From: an uncultured delta proteobacterium
GTDB taxonomy: Bacteria; Desulfobacterota; Binatia; UBA9968
Direction of reading: 5' to 3'
Assembly: GCA_963847445.1 (NCBI GenBank)
Contig: CAWJZV010000006.1
Coordinates: forward strand, 144,133-208,132
DNA length: 64,000 bases
In this document: piece by piece, positions 44,997-55,296 of the stretch
Numbering within the stretch: the first letter of the stretch is position 1
Layout: each line of letters opens with the position of its first letter
Position numbers and translations under genes: made by a program
Notes under the pieces: generated by a model
What the model was told of the DNA's origin: nothing
The model's database searches: none
The model's input: only the letters and a program-made list of their open reading frames with translations

Positions 44997-46697
44997 TCAA
45001 TTATCACGCATTGAAAGCGGCAGCATGATTTCAAGCCGCGCGCCAGATTCGCCGGAATGGATGATCAGCGAGCCCGCCAGAGAAGCGATTCTGCTTTTGA
45101 GCATGGTGGGCCCGATCCCTAAAGCGGTTAGCGTAGCCTCATCGTAGCAACCGCGAAAGGGAAACCCCACACCGTTATCGCAAACGCTGATACGGACCTG
45201 ATGATTTTCGACCTCTACCTGCGCGCGCGCCACCGAGCCCCGTGAATGGCGGGCGGCATTGATCAGCGCTTCCCGTACAACACGATAAATCTCGCGCCCC
45301 ATGGCGGCTTGTACGTGCGCATCCGAGCCAGTTATTGTTAGTTCGACGTGAAAACCCCATTGCCGCTCCACCCTCGTGGCTAACTCGCCAAGCAGATGGC
45401 CGACTTTAAAATCGGTCTCGCTCTGAGGTAGCGTGGTAAGCTTCAATTCCTCGACAAAAGAGCGCAGATCGCATTGCTCTTGAAAAATCAAATCTTGAAG
45501 CGCTCCTAACTGGACTCGAACTGCATCGGGATTTGCGTCTAGGACTTGCAGCGCGGCCTGGAGTTGAAGTCCAGTGGCGGTGAGCGACTGGAGCACCCCG
45601 TCGTGCAGATCGTGGGCAAGCCGCATGCGCTCCTCCCGGACCGCCAGCTGCTGAAGTCGCTGCAAGAAATAAAAGTGATCCATGCTTACTGCTGCTTGCC
45701 CGGCCACAACATCCGCCAGCATGATGTCGTCCGAGGTCGGGGAAGCTTTGTCCAGGAAGAAAAGTCGTCCCTTCAGGTTTTCGCCAATAATGCTTACGGA
45801 TAGAAGGCTCTTCATACTAAAACGCTCGACTAACTTTCGGGTCACGGGCTCTCCGTGCCAATGTTGAACTTCAGACGAAGACGCGTCAACGATCACAGCC
45901 GTGGAAGTCCGGACATCTTGGCAGAAGAAACTCTTCCCCTCCAACGATGGGGCGATTATGGAATCGAAGCTTCCCAGCGGTTCGCGGCTCCACTGTGGCT
46001 GGCCGTTGGAAACTGCAACCACATGAAGCCAGGGTTCCTCCGACTCCTCCCAGATCAGCAGAAGGCGCGGAGCCTTAATGATGGCGCCCGCTTGTTCCAA
46101 GGCTTGATTGACAACTTTTTCGAGCGCAAGAAGCGGCGTACGTGACCATGCGGCAAGCTGTGCGAGCTGATTGCGCCGCTGCGACTCATAGGCCCCCAAA
46201 TAGCCAAGCAGAGCCGCCACCACGGCCAGGTAGACGCTGCGAATGATAAATCGATCGATCTCAAAGGCCGGATCCTGGAGGATTTCACTCGCATAAAATC
46301 CAATTCCAAGAAATGCCGCGAGAACCGCTGCCGCGGTCCACAGGGTGCCCCGCCAGTGCCAGCGCAAGGTGGCGCAGACTATCGCAAAAACGAAATAAGC
46401 AAAAAAAGGGCTGGTCGGCCCTTCGATGAAATACATGAAAAGAGAGAAGATAATCAGATCAACGATGTGCGTCGCAACTCGGAGGCGGACCAGAGCACCA
46501 TGAGAGGCCCAGACGACGATGAGCACAACCGCCGCATAAAGCACGTAAGCGATTAGCAAAGGGTAGGCAATGCTGGCATATCTGGAAGGCGTTGTCGGAT
46601 CGAGCCAGATCGCTAGCAGAGAGAACGAGGCTAGCACCACCCGGCCGGCAGCGATGAGGCGTTCGGTTCGCCCCTCGAAAGAAAAGTTCAGATCCAT
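44997..46697 (-). CDS. Membrane sensor histidine kinase (HisKA_3)
   Basis: Multiple TM helices, a GAF-like middle region, ERMRLAHDLHD, EALINAARH and DNGVGF motifs. Confidence 0.92.
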   Translation of the reverse strand: MDLNFSFEGRTERLIAAGRVVLASFSLLAIWLDPTTPSRYASIAYPLLIAYVLYAAVVLIVVWASHGALVRLRVATHIVDLIIFSLFMYFIEGPTSPFFAYFVFAIVCATLRWHWRGTLWTAAAVLAAFLGIGFYASEILQDPAFEIDRFIIRSVYLAVVAALLGYLGAYESQRRNQLAQLAAWSRTPLLALEKVVNQALEQAGAIIKAPRLLLIWEESEEPWLHVVAVSNGQPQWSREPLGSFDSIIAPSLEGKSFFCQDVRTSTAVIVDASSSEVQHWHGEPVTRKLVERFSMKSLLSVSIIGENLKGRLFFLDKASPTSDDIMLADVVAGQAAVSMDHFYFLQRLQQLAVREERMRLAHDLHDGVLQSLTATGLQLQAALQVLDANPDAVRVQLGALQDLIFQEQCDLRSFVEELKLTTLPQSETDFKVGHLLGELATRVERQWGFHVELTITGSDAHVQAAMGREIYRVVREALINAARHSRGSVARAQVEVENHQVRISVCDNGVGFPFRGCYDEATLTALGIGPTMLKSRIASLAGSLIIHSGESGARLEIMLPLSMRDN

Positions 46698-47157
46698 AAA
46701 AGCAAATGATTCTACTTTTCCGGGGCGACGAGAGTCAACGACCCGAGGCACGACTGTCGTGCCGAAGGGTTGCAAGCACAAGCGAGTCACTGAATCAGCA
46801 GTCCTAGCACTTGGGTTTGAGGGTCCGCTCAGCGCGCTAACAGACTCTCCGCACCGTGACGTACGCATACGCGTTGCGCGTGCCCCCCTGCTCCCACACA
46901 TTGCCATAACCTCACTGGATGGGCTTACGAGCCTCCTCTTGGGTCAATAACCTATATATCTAAAGTTATAGAAAAATATCGCCCATGCTCAATTGTGCGC
47001 TTCTGGTGTAAATTCTAAAATCACTGGCATCGATTGTAACACGCCGACGAACCCGGAGCTCGGCGCTCGCCAACATGGAAAAAGCGAATGAAATCGCTGC
47101 GCACCGCGTAACGACCCGAGGTTGGTCAATGATTGAGACAGGATTAGGGGAAATTAT

Positions 47158-47595
47158 ATGTATGATGGATTGGGTGAAAAGCTGCTGGTCAAGTCAGACG
47201 TTCTCTTAATGTTTCGCGTTACCAAGCTGGAATGGGCCAAAGCCGCTTCCGGCCTGGCTGCGCCCGGATGGTCAATTCGCTATGCGGCTCATAATACCGG
47301 GGCGGAAGTGATTGGAGTGAGTCCGTATACTGGGGCTGGTCTGTCCATTCGGCCTTTCTTCGTGAATGAGACCGCTACGCCGGAATCAATAGTTATTGTC
47401 AACGTTTTGCCTCCGGGAACCTCGACATCAATGACTGCGAGTGGGAGAAAAGAGATGGAATCACTGGCGCAACAGGAACTCGGCCCCGCGTATTCGGTGA
47501 CTCTCAAGCACAAGATCAATGCAAATTTGCAAACGGTTATTGAATTTTGGATTACCAAGGCATTGAGGAAAGCTGCTCAAATCGCTCAATGCTAA
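47158..47595 (+). CDS. Hypothetical protein
   Basis: 145-aa ORF with a plausible RBS (AGGGGA); no recognised motif. Confidence 0.55.
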   Translation: MYDGLGEKLLVKSDVLLMFRVTKLEWAKAASGLAAPGWSIRYAAHNTGAEVIGVSPYTGAGLSIRPFFVNETATPESIVIVNVLPPGTSTSMTASGRKEMESLAQQELGPAYSVTLKHKINANLQTVIEFWITKALRKAAQIAQC

Positions 47596-47866
47596 AGTGT
47601 AATTACTCACGTTTGCCAACGATCTAAACTTGTCCCCAGCGACACTCTATATCGTCACCGATGCCTGGTGCATGGCAAAAAGCTTCGTACTCACTTAACA
47701 AGCCCCATAACATGTTTTCAAAAAAAGCCTCGGCGTGCAAATTGTCCGACTTCTGTCCGAGAACTGCGGCCCAAGTGACGCAAACAAGCCCAACGATCAG
47801 AACGTTGCGCAGCCCAAATCATTGCGAATGCTTGGGTCTTCTTGGTTAGTGTTTCGATCATCACTC

Positions 47867-47913
47867 GATTCGTAATCAGTAGGTCGCCAGTTCGATTCTG
47901 GCGGGTGGCTCCA
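47867..47913 (+). mobile_element. 3' half of tRNA-Thr(CGT): att-site remnant
   Basis: gaTTCGTAATCAGTAGGTCGCCAGTTCGATTCTGGCGGGTGGCTCCA contains the anticodon loop, T-arm and CCA; no D-arm or 5' acceptor strand upstream. Confidence 0.85.
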
Positions 47914-48033
47914 GTTTTTTCGTTGAGCGTTGAACGTGTCAGGCTTTGCTTCTTTGCCAAAGTTGCGTTTTCTTTCTACCGCGCAGGACCATTTCCAAAC
48001 AAGTAAATAACCAAAGACACGTTTCCTTCGTTT

Positions 48034-48280
48034 CGGCACATCGAGCGATATGAGCCAGACGCTGGGCGGGTGAGATTAGCGCTGCGCTTTATTTGCTTCC
48101 TTGTCGTTCCCACCCATCAGGCTCAGGACTGCCAAGCCTGTCTTGCCATCCTTGCGCTAGCGAAGGCGCGGCAGCCGGTTAAGAGGTATGCCTTTTCGTC
48201 GATGCCGAATCATTTTCACTTTGTGATCGAGGTGTCACATTATCGACCCAGGCCCTGTGGTCATTTCGTAAGCGCGCGAG
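48034..48280 (+). repeat. Copy 2 of the glgP-3'/RAYT-relic direct repeat
   Basis: cggcacatcgagcgatatgagcc...gatgccgaatcattttcactttgtgatcgag; translates to ...PVKRYAFSSMPNHFHFVIE. Confidence 0.9.
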
Positions 48281-48382
48281 GAGCAAAGGCTACATTTTCA
48301 GCGCCGGCACTTTTATTGAGAGTTTTAGAGTAGCGTTTGGAGCCGAAAATGGGCTATAGAAGTGTTTCGCGGATGGTGCAAC

Positions 48383-48644
48383 ATGAAGCTGTCGCTCAAT
48401 GCCATGATCATCGCCGGCGCGCTGTACAAAACCGCCGTCTTTCTTTTTATCTCGCTGATGAATCTCATCTTGCGTCCTTACGGCGGCGGCTACCTGGCGA
48501 TGTTAATCTCGCTCTACCCCGGATATGACCCGGTCAACGTGCCGATTGCCCTAATCGTCGGCACACTCTATTCATTACTTGCCGGAGGGTCTCGCAGGTC
48601 TTTTGTTCGGCTGGCTTTACAATCTCTTCGCAGCGAGACGCTGA
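48383..48644 (+). CDS. Small membrane protein (YPGY...GWLYN type); frameshift ~48590
   Basis: MKLSLNAMIIAG...SLYPGY, then AGLLFGWLYNLF* in the adjacent frame. Confidence 0.6.
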
Positions 48645-48801
48645 GACGCAAATTCACGATAATTCGGTTCAATTGATCAACCGGATTCACCTGTTGCAGG
48701 TGTGAGCGAGGCAACGAATAAAACAATAATCAGGCCTGCCGCTCATCCCATGACCCCATTGTCGCGGATGACACACTACCGCGCGGCTGGCGCTGGTTTG
48801 A

Positions 48802-49250
48802 TCACGGGATGATTCGCAGGGGATTTGTTTTCGAAAATGCGCTGAAGGTCGACTTGGCCGTGTATCCACCCCACATGAAAACAATTAAGGAACCAGCAAC
48901 CAACAAGACGGAGACAAAAATGCCAGCTACTACACAAGAATACCAGAATCTAAAGGGGTTCATTCCCTGAAAGAGATAGGTCAAATACGTTGTTCCAGCG
49001 GCGGCGGTACTCAATACACCTCCCCAGGCAAAAAAAAGAAGTGAGTCCGCCAAGACCTTTGCTTGCACTATCGTCTCTATAGATAGTGTTTTTCCAAGAC
49101 CTGGCCGAGGAATGCGAGAATCGCGACGCACGCAGCGCCGTTTATAAGCGTAGCGGTTTTCAGCACGGCTTGGCCGGATGTTCCCGTTGCACGCATAAGC
49201 TCAAGGTAGAGCTTAGATACTTCTCGGGTTTGAATTGGATTCGCTTCCAT
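48802..49250 (-). CDS. Hypothetical membrane protein; frameshift ~49090
   Basis: LKTATLINGAACVAILAFLG continues into a hydrophobic ORF in another frame; lower GC than the core genes. Confidence 0.5.
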
Positions 49251-49331
49251 GGGCTCTTCACTTATCAAAAGTTCGCGGCACGATCACCCGCTAGCCGCCC
49301 AAAGGTAATCGAAAGAAATAATCCCGTTGCA

Positions 49332-49655
49332 TTAGGCGGCTCGCGGAGTGGCAATGATCTGAGACAGCTCGCGGTCCGAAGCTCCGAGAGTAATCAAGGA
49401 GCGGATCAACAGGTCCAGGGAAACCGATGGGTCACCTGCTTCCATCTTGGCGACACGCGATTGACTCGACTGAAGTTTTCCGGCGAGGTCCAGTTGTGAT
49501 AAACCTTTTTGCTGCCGCCGCTGCCTCAAACCTGCTGCAAGCTTAATCTTCAGCTCGATGTATGCGGACTCCTCGTTGGAAAGACCCAGAAATTCTTTTA
49601 CGGTGCCAACTTTCCAACCCTTCGCCTCCAAACGTGTTTTCTTTTGCTTACGCAT
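49332..49655 (-). CDS. XRE-family HTH antitoxin (HigA-like)
   Basis: LEAKGWKVGTVKEFLGLS...LSQLDLAGKLQSSQSRVAKMEAG. Confidence 0.88.
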   Translation of the reverse strand: MRKQKKTRLEAKGWKVGTVKEFLGLSNEESAYIELKIKLAAGLRQRRQQKGLSQLDLAGKLQSSQSRVAKMEAGDPSVSLDLLIRSLITLGASDRELSQIIATPRAA

Positions 49656-49694
49656 GGTCATTCAACCAGACAAGTGGTTATCGCCCAAAGTCAC
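49648..49694 (-). pseudogene. Internally deleted RelE/HigB-type toxin relic
   Basis: GTG ACT TTG GGC GAT AA- CCA CTT GTC TGG TTG (D-K-P-L-V-W-L) joined directly to AAT GAC CAT GCG TAA, which overlaps the antitoxin start. Confidence 0.65.
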
Positions 49695-49701
49695 TAACCC
49701 G

Positions 49702-49730
49702 ACTGTATGTCACTTTTGACATGCCGTCAA
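49702..49730 (-). promoter_or_regulatory. Sigma70 promoter with palindromic operator for the TA operon
   Basis: TTGACG-17nt-TACAGT; the palindrome ATGTCA-AAAG-TGACAT lies at 49707-49722. Confidence 0.75.
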
Positions 49731-50048
49731 CCGAGCACTCGCCAGCACCCAAGCTTTGACAAACAACAAAGATAATTTGCGTCGTTCAGTCGCGAACTCC
49801 GCGGTAACCATCAAACAAGGCTTCGGAGCAGTTTTGCAGTTTTGCAGTCGAGTCTGAGTATCGACGTTTTTTACATTAGCATCGCTGGACAAGTGTACGC
49901 CGCCTCACGCCAGATCATCCAACTCGGGATAGTGGCGAAAGATCCCTTGCTGATTGAAGGGCAAAGCGCCGCTCGGACGCGAGATGCGCACCGGCATGCG
50001 TCTGCATTGCCGCCAGTTAGTGTTCCTAACTATCGGTGCACCGACTTT

Positions 50049-50483
50049 TTACTTGAGCGCTTTCCTCAAGAGGCTGACCGCGCTATCCGCGTCCGCCGCG
50101 CTGTCGAAAGCCAAGTAACTTACCGAGCGCCGCCCAAGCGCCGCCGCCGAAAGACCACGCAAGTTGATCCCGGCGTCGGCGATGGCTTTGGTCATTTTTG
50201 CGCCGAGTCCCGCTTTGTCGGGGCCTTCAACCCGCACCGAATGGAGGCTATCGGTGGTGGCGAAGCCTGTCCCTTGGGCCGCGCTTTTCTGTTTTGCTCC
50301 TTTGATTGGAGTGACGAAAACAACCCCTGCGCCAGGTTTATCGGCGGCGCGGCGCGCGATTAGAAACTCAAGATTTGCGCCGGCATTGCTTAAGGATTGT
50401 ATCTTCTCGGCCAGCCCTCCCGGACGATCGGCGATTTCGCCTGCCCAAACGTCGACTTTCTTTACGCTATACGCCATGGTCAT
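50049..50483 (-). CDS. Tandem ACT-domain protein
   Basis: DRPGGLA and GPDKAGLGA repeats; AAGGAGG RBS. Confidence 0.85.
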   Translation of the reverse strand: MTMAYSVKKVDVWAGEIADRPGGLAEKIQSLSNAGANLEFLIARRAADKPGAGVVFVTPIKGAKQKSAAQGTGFATTDSLHSVRVEGPDKAGLGAKMTKAIADAGINLRGLSAAALGRRSVSYLAFDSAADADSAVSLLRKALK

Positions 50484-50659
50484 TCCTCCTTACTGTTTGG
50501 AATTAAGACCTAAAGCCGGTCGTAATACATTCGCGCGCCGGTCGTCAAGGGCAATTTGTCGCTCTGTTGGTCCTTATCTCTGCTGGCTAGCGACTCGGGG
50601 TTCGAGCCTCACATTAATCATGGGCAATTCTCTTGTGACGCTCCTCTGCGGTTCGATTT

Positions 50660-51887
50660 TCATGAACGTAGGAGCTCCGGACTCACATGTTCCGGGCGGA
50701 TGCCGAGGCCGACGAGCCGAGCCGGGATTCGCCGGAGATATGGAACTTTAGCCAGCAAACGCAAGGCGAGCGGTGGCGTGAGCGGTCCGGTGCCGCCCAA
50801 CACCCGGGCGATGATCCGGCGCTGGACGGCGACCTGCAACCCTTGGGTCACGCGCGTGGGCCACTCGCGCCGCTGCTGGATCTGGCGCAGGTGATCGATG
50901 GCGAGGTGTCCTTGCCGCAGCGGTTGGAAAAGAACGTTGGCTGCCGCCACGGCATCCTGGATCGCGAGATTGATGCCGACGCCGCCGACCGGAGACATGG
51001 CGTGAGCGGCGTCGCCAATGCACAACAGACCCGGCCGAAACCAATCGATCAATCGGTCCACACGAACAGTCAGAAGTTTTACATCGTCCCAGCCGCGCAG
51101 CTCATGCACGCTGTCGCCGGCGTAGGGCGCAAGCTGCACGATCGCCGCGCGAAACGTGGCAAATTCTTGCCGGCGCAGCTCGTCAAACTGGCCCTTGGCA
51201 ATGACGTAGCCGCACTGCCAATAGTCGCCGCGATTGAGCGCGATAAAAATCCTGCCAGCTATCGAACCTGCCCATGGTCGCCACGGGATCTTCGGCAGTT
51301 CGACGGAGCCGAAACCAGAGAACGTCCATCGGCGCGCCGTATTCCTTTACTTGCAAACCGGCGCGTTGGCGCACGATCGAGCTCCGGCCGTCCGCGCCGA
51401 CGACCAGATCGGCGCGGACTTCCAGCGCGCCTTTTGGGGTATTCGCGCGCACCCCGATCACACGCCCCGATTCTTCGATAAGGCCGTTTACCTCTGTGTC
51501 CATGATCAAAACGAAGTTGGAATAGCGCGCGGCTTTTTCGGCGACGAAGTTGAGAAAATCCCACTGCGGCATGAGGGCGATAAAGCCGCAGCGGGTCGGC
51601 AGGTGCCGGAAGTCCGCGATAGTGAGCGACATCTCGCCGACTTGGGCGTTGAGCTCGTCGACCTCTTGATGCGGCAGCTTGAGAAACTCATCGAGCAATC
51701 CCAGCTCGTGCATCACCTCGAGGGTCGAAGGATGAATGGTATCGCCGCGAAAATCGCGCAGGAAATCGCCGTGCTTTTCCAGCACTAAGACTTTAACGCC
51801 GGCGCGCGCCAGCAGATAACCCAGCATCATGCCGGCCGGGCCGCCGCCGGCGATGCAGCAGTGCGCGGAAATTTTCTCAGGCGCCAT
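50660..51887 (-). CDS. FAD-dependent monooxygenase-like oxidoreductase; frameshift ~51240
   Basis: GGGPAG, DFRGDTIHP, GADG and GDAAHAMSPVGGVGINLAIQD motifs. Confidence 0.88.
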
Positions 51888-52050
51888 GGTTTAAATTAGC
51901 GAGCGTTTCCTGCCCTATCAAGAAAGACGGGATAAGAAAATTGCTGCGAAATCTGGACTCGTACATTAACTAAGGGAGCGGCTAAACGCGATCTGTTGCG
52001 AGCCTTCGAATGAATGTGAGTCGAAGGTGGGCGTGGGTCAACGGTCAGAC

Positions 52051-52099
52051 AGGGGTCAAGGCCGTTTTTTATTAAAGCTCTGCGGACAACTTGACCCAT
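52051..52099. repeat. GGGTCAAG...CTTGACCC inverted repeat (REP-like)
   Basis: aggggtcaag...cttgacccat; related GGGTCA-type sequence occurs at ~55195-55240. Confidence 0.45.
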
Positions 52100-52188
52100 T
52101 TCGCTTTTGGAGCCTAGGAAGAAGGGTCGACCAGTTGATCAACTGCGCTCAGCGAGAATTACGCTTAAATATCGCGTTGCCAGTCCGC

Positions 52189-53214
52189 TTACTCATTCAT
52201 AAGCGTTTTCAATCGTTGCAGCATCTCGGGCGATTGCACGACGACGCTCTTTGCCGACATCTCAAGCTCCTCACCGCGCGTCGGCGTAATGCTCAAGCTC
52301 CTTTTTTTCGCCTCGGCCAGGAGTTCAGGATCATTCATGGTTTTCATAAAGGCGTCGCGTAAAATTTTGACCTTGTCCGGCGCTACTCCTGGAGGTGCGA
52401 TAATGGGCCGGCCGAAGTCGCCGCTCGCCAAGACCACAGGCACCAATTGGCGTGCGGCGGCCGAGGTCTTGTGCTCGTCCATGAGCTCGGCAAGCGTAGG
52501 AGTATCCGGTAAGCGCGGGTCGCGTACTCGCCCGGTCTGCATCACGATCCGGGTAAAGTTGTTTTTACGCCAGCCATGATAGGGCTCGCGGGAATGAAAG
52601 GCCTGGACAGTCAACGCCCGGCATTGAAGCTCTCCCCGCTCGACGGCGAGGTCGATATCGCCACCGCCTTGATAGCCGGACACAACGGTAAATTTTGTCC
52701 CAAGTGTTTCCTCCAAGAGTTTCGGGATATAACTTTCCGACGTGCCGACTCCGGTGGAACCGCATTTTGGCGACGCATTAACCCGGCGCACGTCGGCCAG
52801 GCTCTTGTAAGGCAGATCGGCACGCATATAGAGCAGCCAAGCGGACTTGTCCGAGCTGCCGATCCAGGAGAACTTTGCCCAGTCGAATTTTACCTCTTGA
52901 TGTTTCTGGAGCTGGTTGAAGAATATCGACGGTTGAACCGCTCCGATCGTCAATCCATCGGGTTTGGAAATGTTATACAGATAATTGGCGCCGATGATCG
53001 ATCCCGCGCCGGTCATATTTTGCACAACGAAACTTGGATTTCCGGGAATATGCTTGCCCATGTGCTGGGTCATGAGCCGCGTGTACATATCGTAGACGCT
53101 TCCGGCGCTGACCCCGGCGACAACCGTAATGGTCTTGCCTTGGTAGAACTGGTTTTGCGCTGTCACTTCACACGGCGATAGGGCGAGTATCAACAACCAC
53201 AAAATTCGCTTCAT
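52189..53214 (-). CDS. Bug/TctC-like binding protein
   Basis: FYQGKTIT, VQNMTGAGS, KPDGLT and ERGELQCR motifs; paralogue of 38340-39392. Confidence 0.9.
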   Translation of the reverse strand: MKRILWLLILALSPCEVTAQNQFYQGKTITVVAGVSAGSVYDMYTRLMTQHMGKHIPGNPSFVVQNMTGAGSIIGANYLYNISKPDGLTIGAVQPSIFFNQLQKHQEVKFDWAKFSWIGSSDKSAWLLYMRADLPYKSLADVRRVNASPKCGSTGVGTSESYIPKLLEETLGTKFTVVSGYQGGGDIDLAVERGELQCRALTVQAFHSREPYHGWRKNNFTRIVMQTGRVRDPRLPDTPTLAELMDEHKTSAAARQLVPVVLASGDFGRPIIAPPGVAPDKVKILRDAFMKTMNDPELLAEAKKRSLSITPTRGEELEMSAKSVVVQSPEMLQRLKTLMNE

Positions 53215-53384
53215 AAGCGTTGCGTGTAGCATTGGTCTATAGCGAAAGCAATGAGGATCAGCCCTGGAGAGGTCGCACATTCTTGATTTGATTCTAAAGC
53301 GACAGATCGACGAAGGAAACTTTGCGATACAAACGAGCAGATCGCGCTTGAAAGTTAACACGGGCTCGTCCTATGCTCGCCGGC

Positions 53385-54392
53385 ATGGCGAAGAAAAAAA
53401 CGACTTTCGGTTTAACCTTGTCCAACCGCGCATTGATTACGCGCGGAACCCCGCCCGAGGAGCTCATCGACATGGCAGTAAGGGCCGAGGCCACCGGCGC
53501 GGTCGATGCGATATGGGTCGGCGACAGTATCTTGAGCAAGCCGCGGCTGGAATGCATTCCTCTGCTGGGCGCCATCGCCGCTCGGACTTCGCGCGTGAAA
53601 CTAGGCGTGGCCTGCATGGCGACGATCGCCCAGCGGAATCCCGTGCTGCTCGCCTTGCAGTGGGCGAGCCTCGACGTGCTGTCGGGCGGACGCACATGGC
53701 TGGCGGCGTGCATGGGTTATCCTGCGAGCCAGCATCCGATGGCGGCCAAGGAGCTCGAAGTCATGGGTGTGGCGAGTAAAGAGCGGCCCGGACGACTGGA
53801 AGAGATGATTCAGGCTTTGCGGCTTCTCTGGACGGACGAACACGCAAGCTTTCACGGCAAGTATTATTCGTTCGAAGACGTCAATCTTTTGCCGAAGCCC
53901 GCGCAACGGCCTTGTCCGATTTATATCGCCGGCACACCGCGCGCGGCGCAGATCGGCGAGCGCGGCGTCGAGCGCTCTTTGCGGCGCATCGCGCGCTACG
54001 CCGATGGTTGGATGAGCAACCAGATCGAGCTCTCGATGTTTCGAGATCACCAGGCCAGACTGCGGCAAATGTTGGTCGAGGAGGGCCGCGATCCAGACGC
54101 CTTCAAAACGGTTTTGTACTACGGCGTAGCCGTGAACAGCGATCGGGAACAGGCATTTCGCGAAGCCAAAGTTTTTCTCGACGCTTATTATCAAAAGGAC
54201 TTTACCCGGCAGGGCGTCGAGATCTGGACCGCCTGCGGACCGGTGGACCACTGCGTCCGCTGCGTCAAAGAGTTCATCGATGCCGGCGTCGATCACGTCG
54301 CGATTCGCCCGATCGGCGCAGATCTAAACGCGCAGTTGCGCATCTATCTGGAAGAAATTCTGCCCGCTTTGACCGCGGCAAACGACTCCTAG
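53385..54392 (+). CDS. LLM-class flavin/F420-dependent oxidoreductase
   Basis: IWVGDS, RTSRVKLG, LDVLSGGR, PKPAQRP and ADGW motifs. Confidence 0.9.
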   Translation: MAKKKTTFGLTLSNRALITRGTPPEELIDMAVRAEATGAVDAIWVGDSILSKPRLECIPLLGAIAARTSRVKLGVACMATIAQRNPVLLALQWASLDVLSGGRTWLAACMGYPASQHPMAAKELEVMGVASKERPGRLEEMIQALRLLWTDEHASFHGKYYSFEDVNLLPKPAQRPCPIYIAGTPRAAQIGERGVERSLRRIARYADGWMSNQIELSMFRDHQARLRQMLVEEGRDPDAFKTVLYYGVAVNSDREQAFREAKVFLDAYYQKDFTRQGVEIWTACGPVDHCVRCVKEFIDAGVDHVAIRPIGADLNAQLRIYLEEILPALTAANDS

Positions 54393-54522
54393 TTCGTGGC
54401 GCGGCTGTTGCGGGAAAGCGGTGTCCACCGACGGTTGCGAGTCGGGAAGGTGGGCGACGGGTGGGGTCTAGGCTTTGTAGCCTGGCGGAGTGAGTGTTAT
54501 CCTCAAAATTGGAGGGCATGTT

Positions 54523-54720
54523 ATGGCGGGCGATAAGCGAACCACGGTTCGACTGAGCGAAAACCTTCTTCGCAGAGCACGTAAAACCTTGAAGGCGTCG
54601 ACAAACGAGGACGCGGTGACCAAGGCGCTGCACGAAAGTCTTATCAATCGAGAGATTCACGCCACCCTAAAGGATTTGATCCGCAAAGGCCGCGGCCGAT
54701 TCGTCGACGTCTACGACTAA
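54523..54720 (+). CDS. VapB-type antitoxin
   Basis: KRTTVRLSENLLRRARK (RHH-like); directly upstream of a PIN gene. Confidence 0.8.
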   Translation: MAGDKRTTVRLSENLLRRARKTLKASTNEDAVTKALHESLINREIHATLKDLIRKGRGRFVDVYD

Positions 54721-54725
54721 CATTC

Positions 54726-55157
54726 GTGCCGATTCTCTTAGACACCAATGTCTATCTCTTTGCCATGCGCTCCGAGGGTGGCGCCGCGTTTTTTGAAAGA
54801 AGATTCCTACCTTTAGTGTTTCAAACCTATCTTGCGGGTGTTGTTGTAGAGGAACTTTACGCCGGGGCACTGGATAGCCAGGGTGTCCGCCTGGTCGAGA
54901 GATACGTCAGATCACTTGAACGGGCCAATCGCGTAATCGCTCCAAATTTCCAAGACTGGAAAGAAGCAGGCAAGATCATCGCCCGTATCACGCGGAAAGA
55001 GCCCGGCCTCAAGTCGAAGATGCAACAGATTTTAAACGATATCCTATTAGCACTTTGTGCCTGCCGCATCGGCGCCGACCTGTATACTTTCAATCGTGAT
55101 GATTTCGATTTGATCCGCCGCCATAGGCCATTTTCTCTCAAGACATTAAAACAGTAA
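54726..55157 (+). CDS. VapC-type PIN-domain toxin
   Basis: LLDTNV, EELYAG, NDILLA and TFNRDDF motifs. Confidence 0.9.
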   Translation: MPILLDTNVYLFAMRSEGGAAFFERRFLPLVFQTYLAGVVVEELYAGALDSQGVRLVERYVRSLERANRVIAPNFQDWKEAGKIIARITRKEPGLKSKMQQILNDILLALCACRIGADLYTFNRDDFDLIRRHRPFSLKTLKQ

Positions 55158-55296
55158 GGCCAGGTCGAGCAGTCCTGAGTCACTCGGATTCCGTCATGAC
55201 CGGGGAGTCATGACCAGGGTCAGGCCTGGAGTCATTGCACATTTCTCAATTTGTTTAGGAAACGAGGCCTCTACTGCTGGCCCTGTTGATCTTCCA

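Noticed and set aside
47830-47913. Functional tRNA-Thr gene
   Set aside because: No 5' acceptor strand or D-arm; treated as an att remnant instead.
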